Source of the DNA: Candidatus Heimdallarchaeota archaeon
GTDB taxonomy: Archaea; Asgardarchaeota; Heimdallarchaeia; Heimdallarchaeales; Kariarchaeaceae
NCBI GenBank assembly: GCA_015523565.1
Contig: WAKA01000095.1
Coordinates: 18,383 to 82,382, forward strand
Direction of reading: 5' to 3'
Length of the DNA stretch: 64,000 nucleotides
The first letter of the stretch is position 1. Each line of letters begins with the position of its first letter. Below the pieces are notes generated by a model. It was given only the letters and a program-made list of their open reading frames with translations, had not been told where the DNA came from and ran no database searches. The position numbers and the translations under genes are program-made. This document shows positions 63,570 through 64,000 of the stretch, piece by piece.

Positions 63570-64000
63570 ATGACTGGACTGGTTCTGGCAGGTGGAAAGT
63601 CAAGCAGGTTTGGAACCAATAAGGCATATGCAACCTATCTGAACACTCCATTCGTCGTTAGGCAAATTCAACTGCTTGCTCATTATTGTGATGAATTATA
63701 TGTCTCAAGTGGTTCAAGGGAAAATACTAAAAAACTGAGAGAGTTTATTTTCTCAAAATTGCCTTCAACTATTTTTGACAAATTGACTTTTGTCACTGAC
63801 CGTCCAGATTTCAATTCCTTTGGTCCCGTCAAGGGAATATTTTCTGCAATTTCCCTGATGAAAAGTGAATTTGTCCTTAGTGTCCCTGTTGATATGCCCT
63901 TATTGAATCAAACTTGCATTGATTCTATGATCAAATATTTCTCTAAATCTATTGATTTAATTTCCTGGATTCACAAGGGAAGAATTACCTACCCTTTTTT
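63570..64000 (+). CDS. MobA-like molybdenum cofactor guanylyl/cytidylyltransferase (NTP_transf_3), 3'-truncated by the window edge
   Basis: My hand translation is MTGLVLAGGKSSRFGTNKA ... DRPDFNSFGPVKGIFSAI ... LSVPVDMPLL, which are the typical MobA motifs. The ORF stays open to the end of the window, so it is absent from the track. Confidence 0.8.
   Translation, partial: MTGLVLAGGKSSRFGTNKAYATYLNTPFVVRQIQLLAHYCDELYVSSGSRENTKKLREFIFSKLPSTIFDKLTFVTDRPDFNSFGPVKGIFSAISLMKSEFVLSVPVDMPLLNQTCIDSMIKYFSKSIDLISWIHKGRITYPF

Noticed and set aside
1-64000. A search for tRNA, rRNA, C/D-box sRNA, CRISPR arrays, transposases, integrases and toxin-antitoxin or defence genes.
   Set aside because: I saw no GC-rich cloverleaf-like intergenic segments, no rRNA-like stretches, no short direct repeat arrays and no recognisable mobile-element or defence protein motifs. 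This was an eye scan only, so small ncRNAs may have been missed.

Overview
The window is a low-GC, gene-dense archaeal chromosome segment with about 56 protein-coding genes. By eye I found no rRNA, tRNA, CRISPR array, transposase or integrase. Archaeal markers include RtcB and archease, RadA, aEF-1beta with its usual Zn-ribbon neighbour, TATA-like boxes about 25 nt upstream of several starts, and many 1-4 nt gene overlaps. A canonical Rab/Ras-like small GTPase, a Roadblock/LC7 protein and several longin/roadblock-like proteins point to an Asgard (Loki-like) archaeon; this assignment is inference.

The most striking content is a 15.5-kb island at 5.9-21.4 kb. It encodes a FabH-like ketosynthase, accC-accB-carboxyltransferase, a 3243-aa PfaA/PKS-like megasynthase and FabI. 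The megasynthase reads KS-AT-KS-(6 carrier-like domains)-KR-DH-PPTase. This is a near-complete bacterial-style acyl-chain synthesis system in an archaeal context. None of its carrier domains has the canonical phosphopantetheinyl serine: four have Thr, one Ala and one Asn.

The second region of interest is a GTPase neighbourhood at 35.0-41.3 kb. It holds a degenerate GTPase fusion, a Rab-like GTPase and three tightly coupled uncharacterised large proteins. A recurrent uncharacterised domain from this region also forms the output of a response regulator in a histidine kinase / GT2 glycosyltransferase / response regulator cluster at 42.5-47.1 kb.

Other notable items are an SF2 helicase split by a -1 frame change at an A_AAC_CCT heptamer, a conserved RAM-domain ORF with no canonical start codon, and an AT-rich TTATATA-repeat intergenic region. 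The rest is housekeeping: purB, guaA, ALDH7-type dehydrogenase, Nudix, IscA, PfkB kinase, ABC transporter and MobA. All calls rest on motif recognition by eye, and domain coordinates are approximate (about +/-30 nt).
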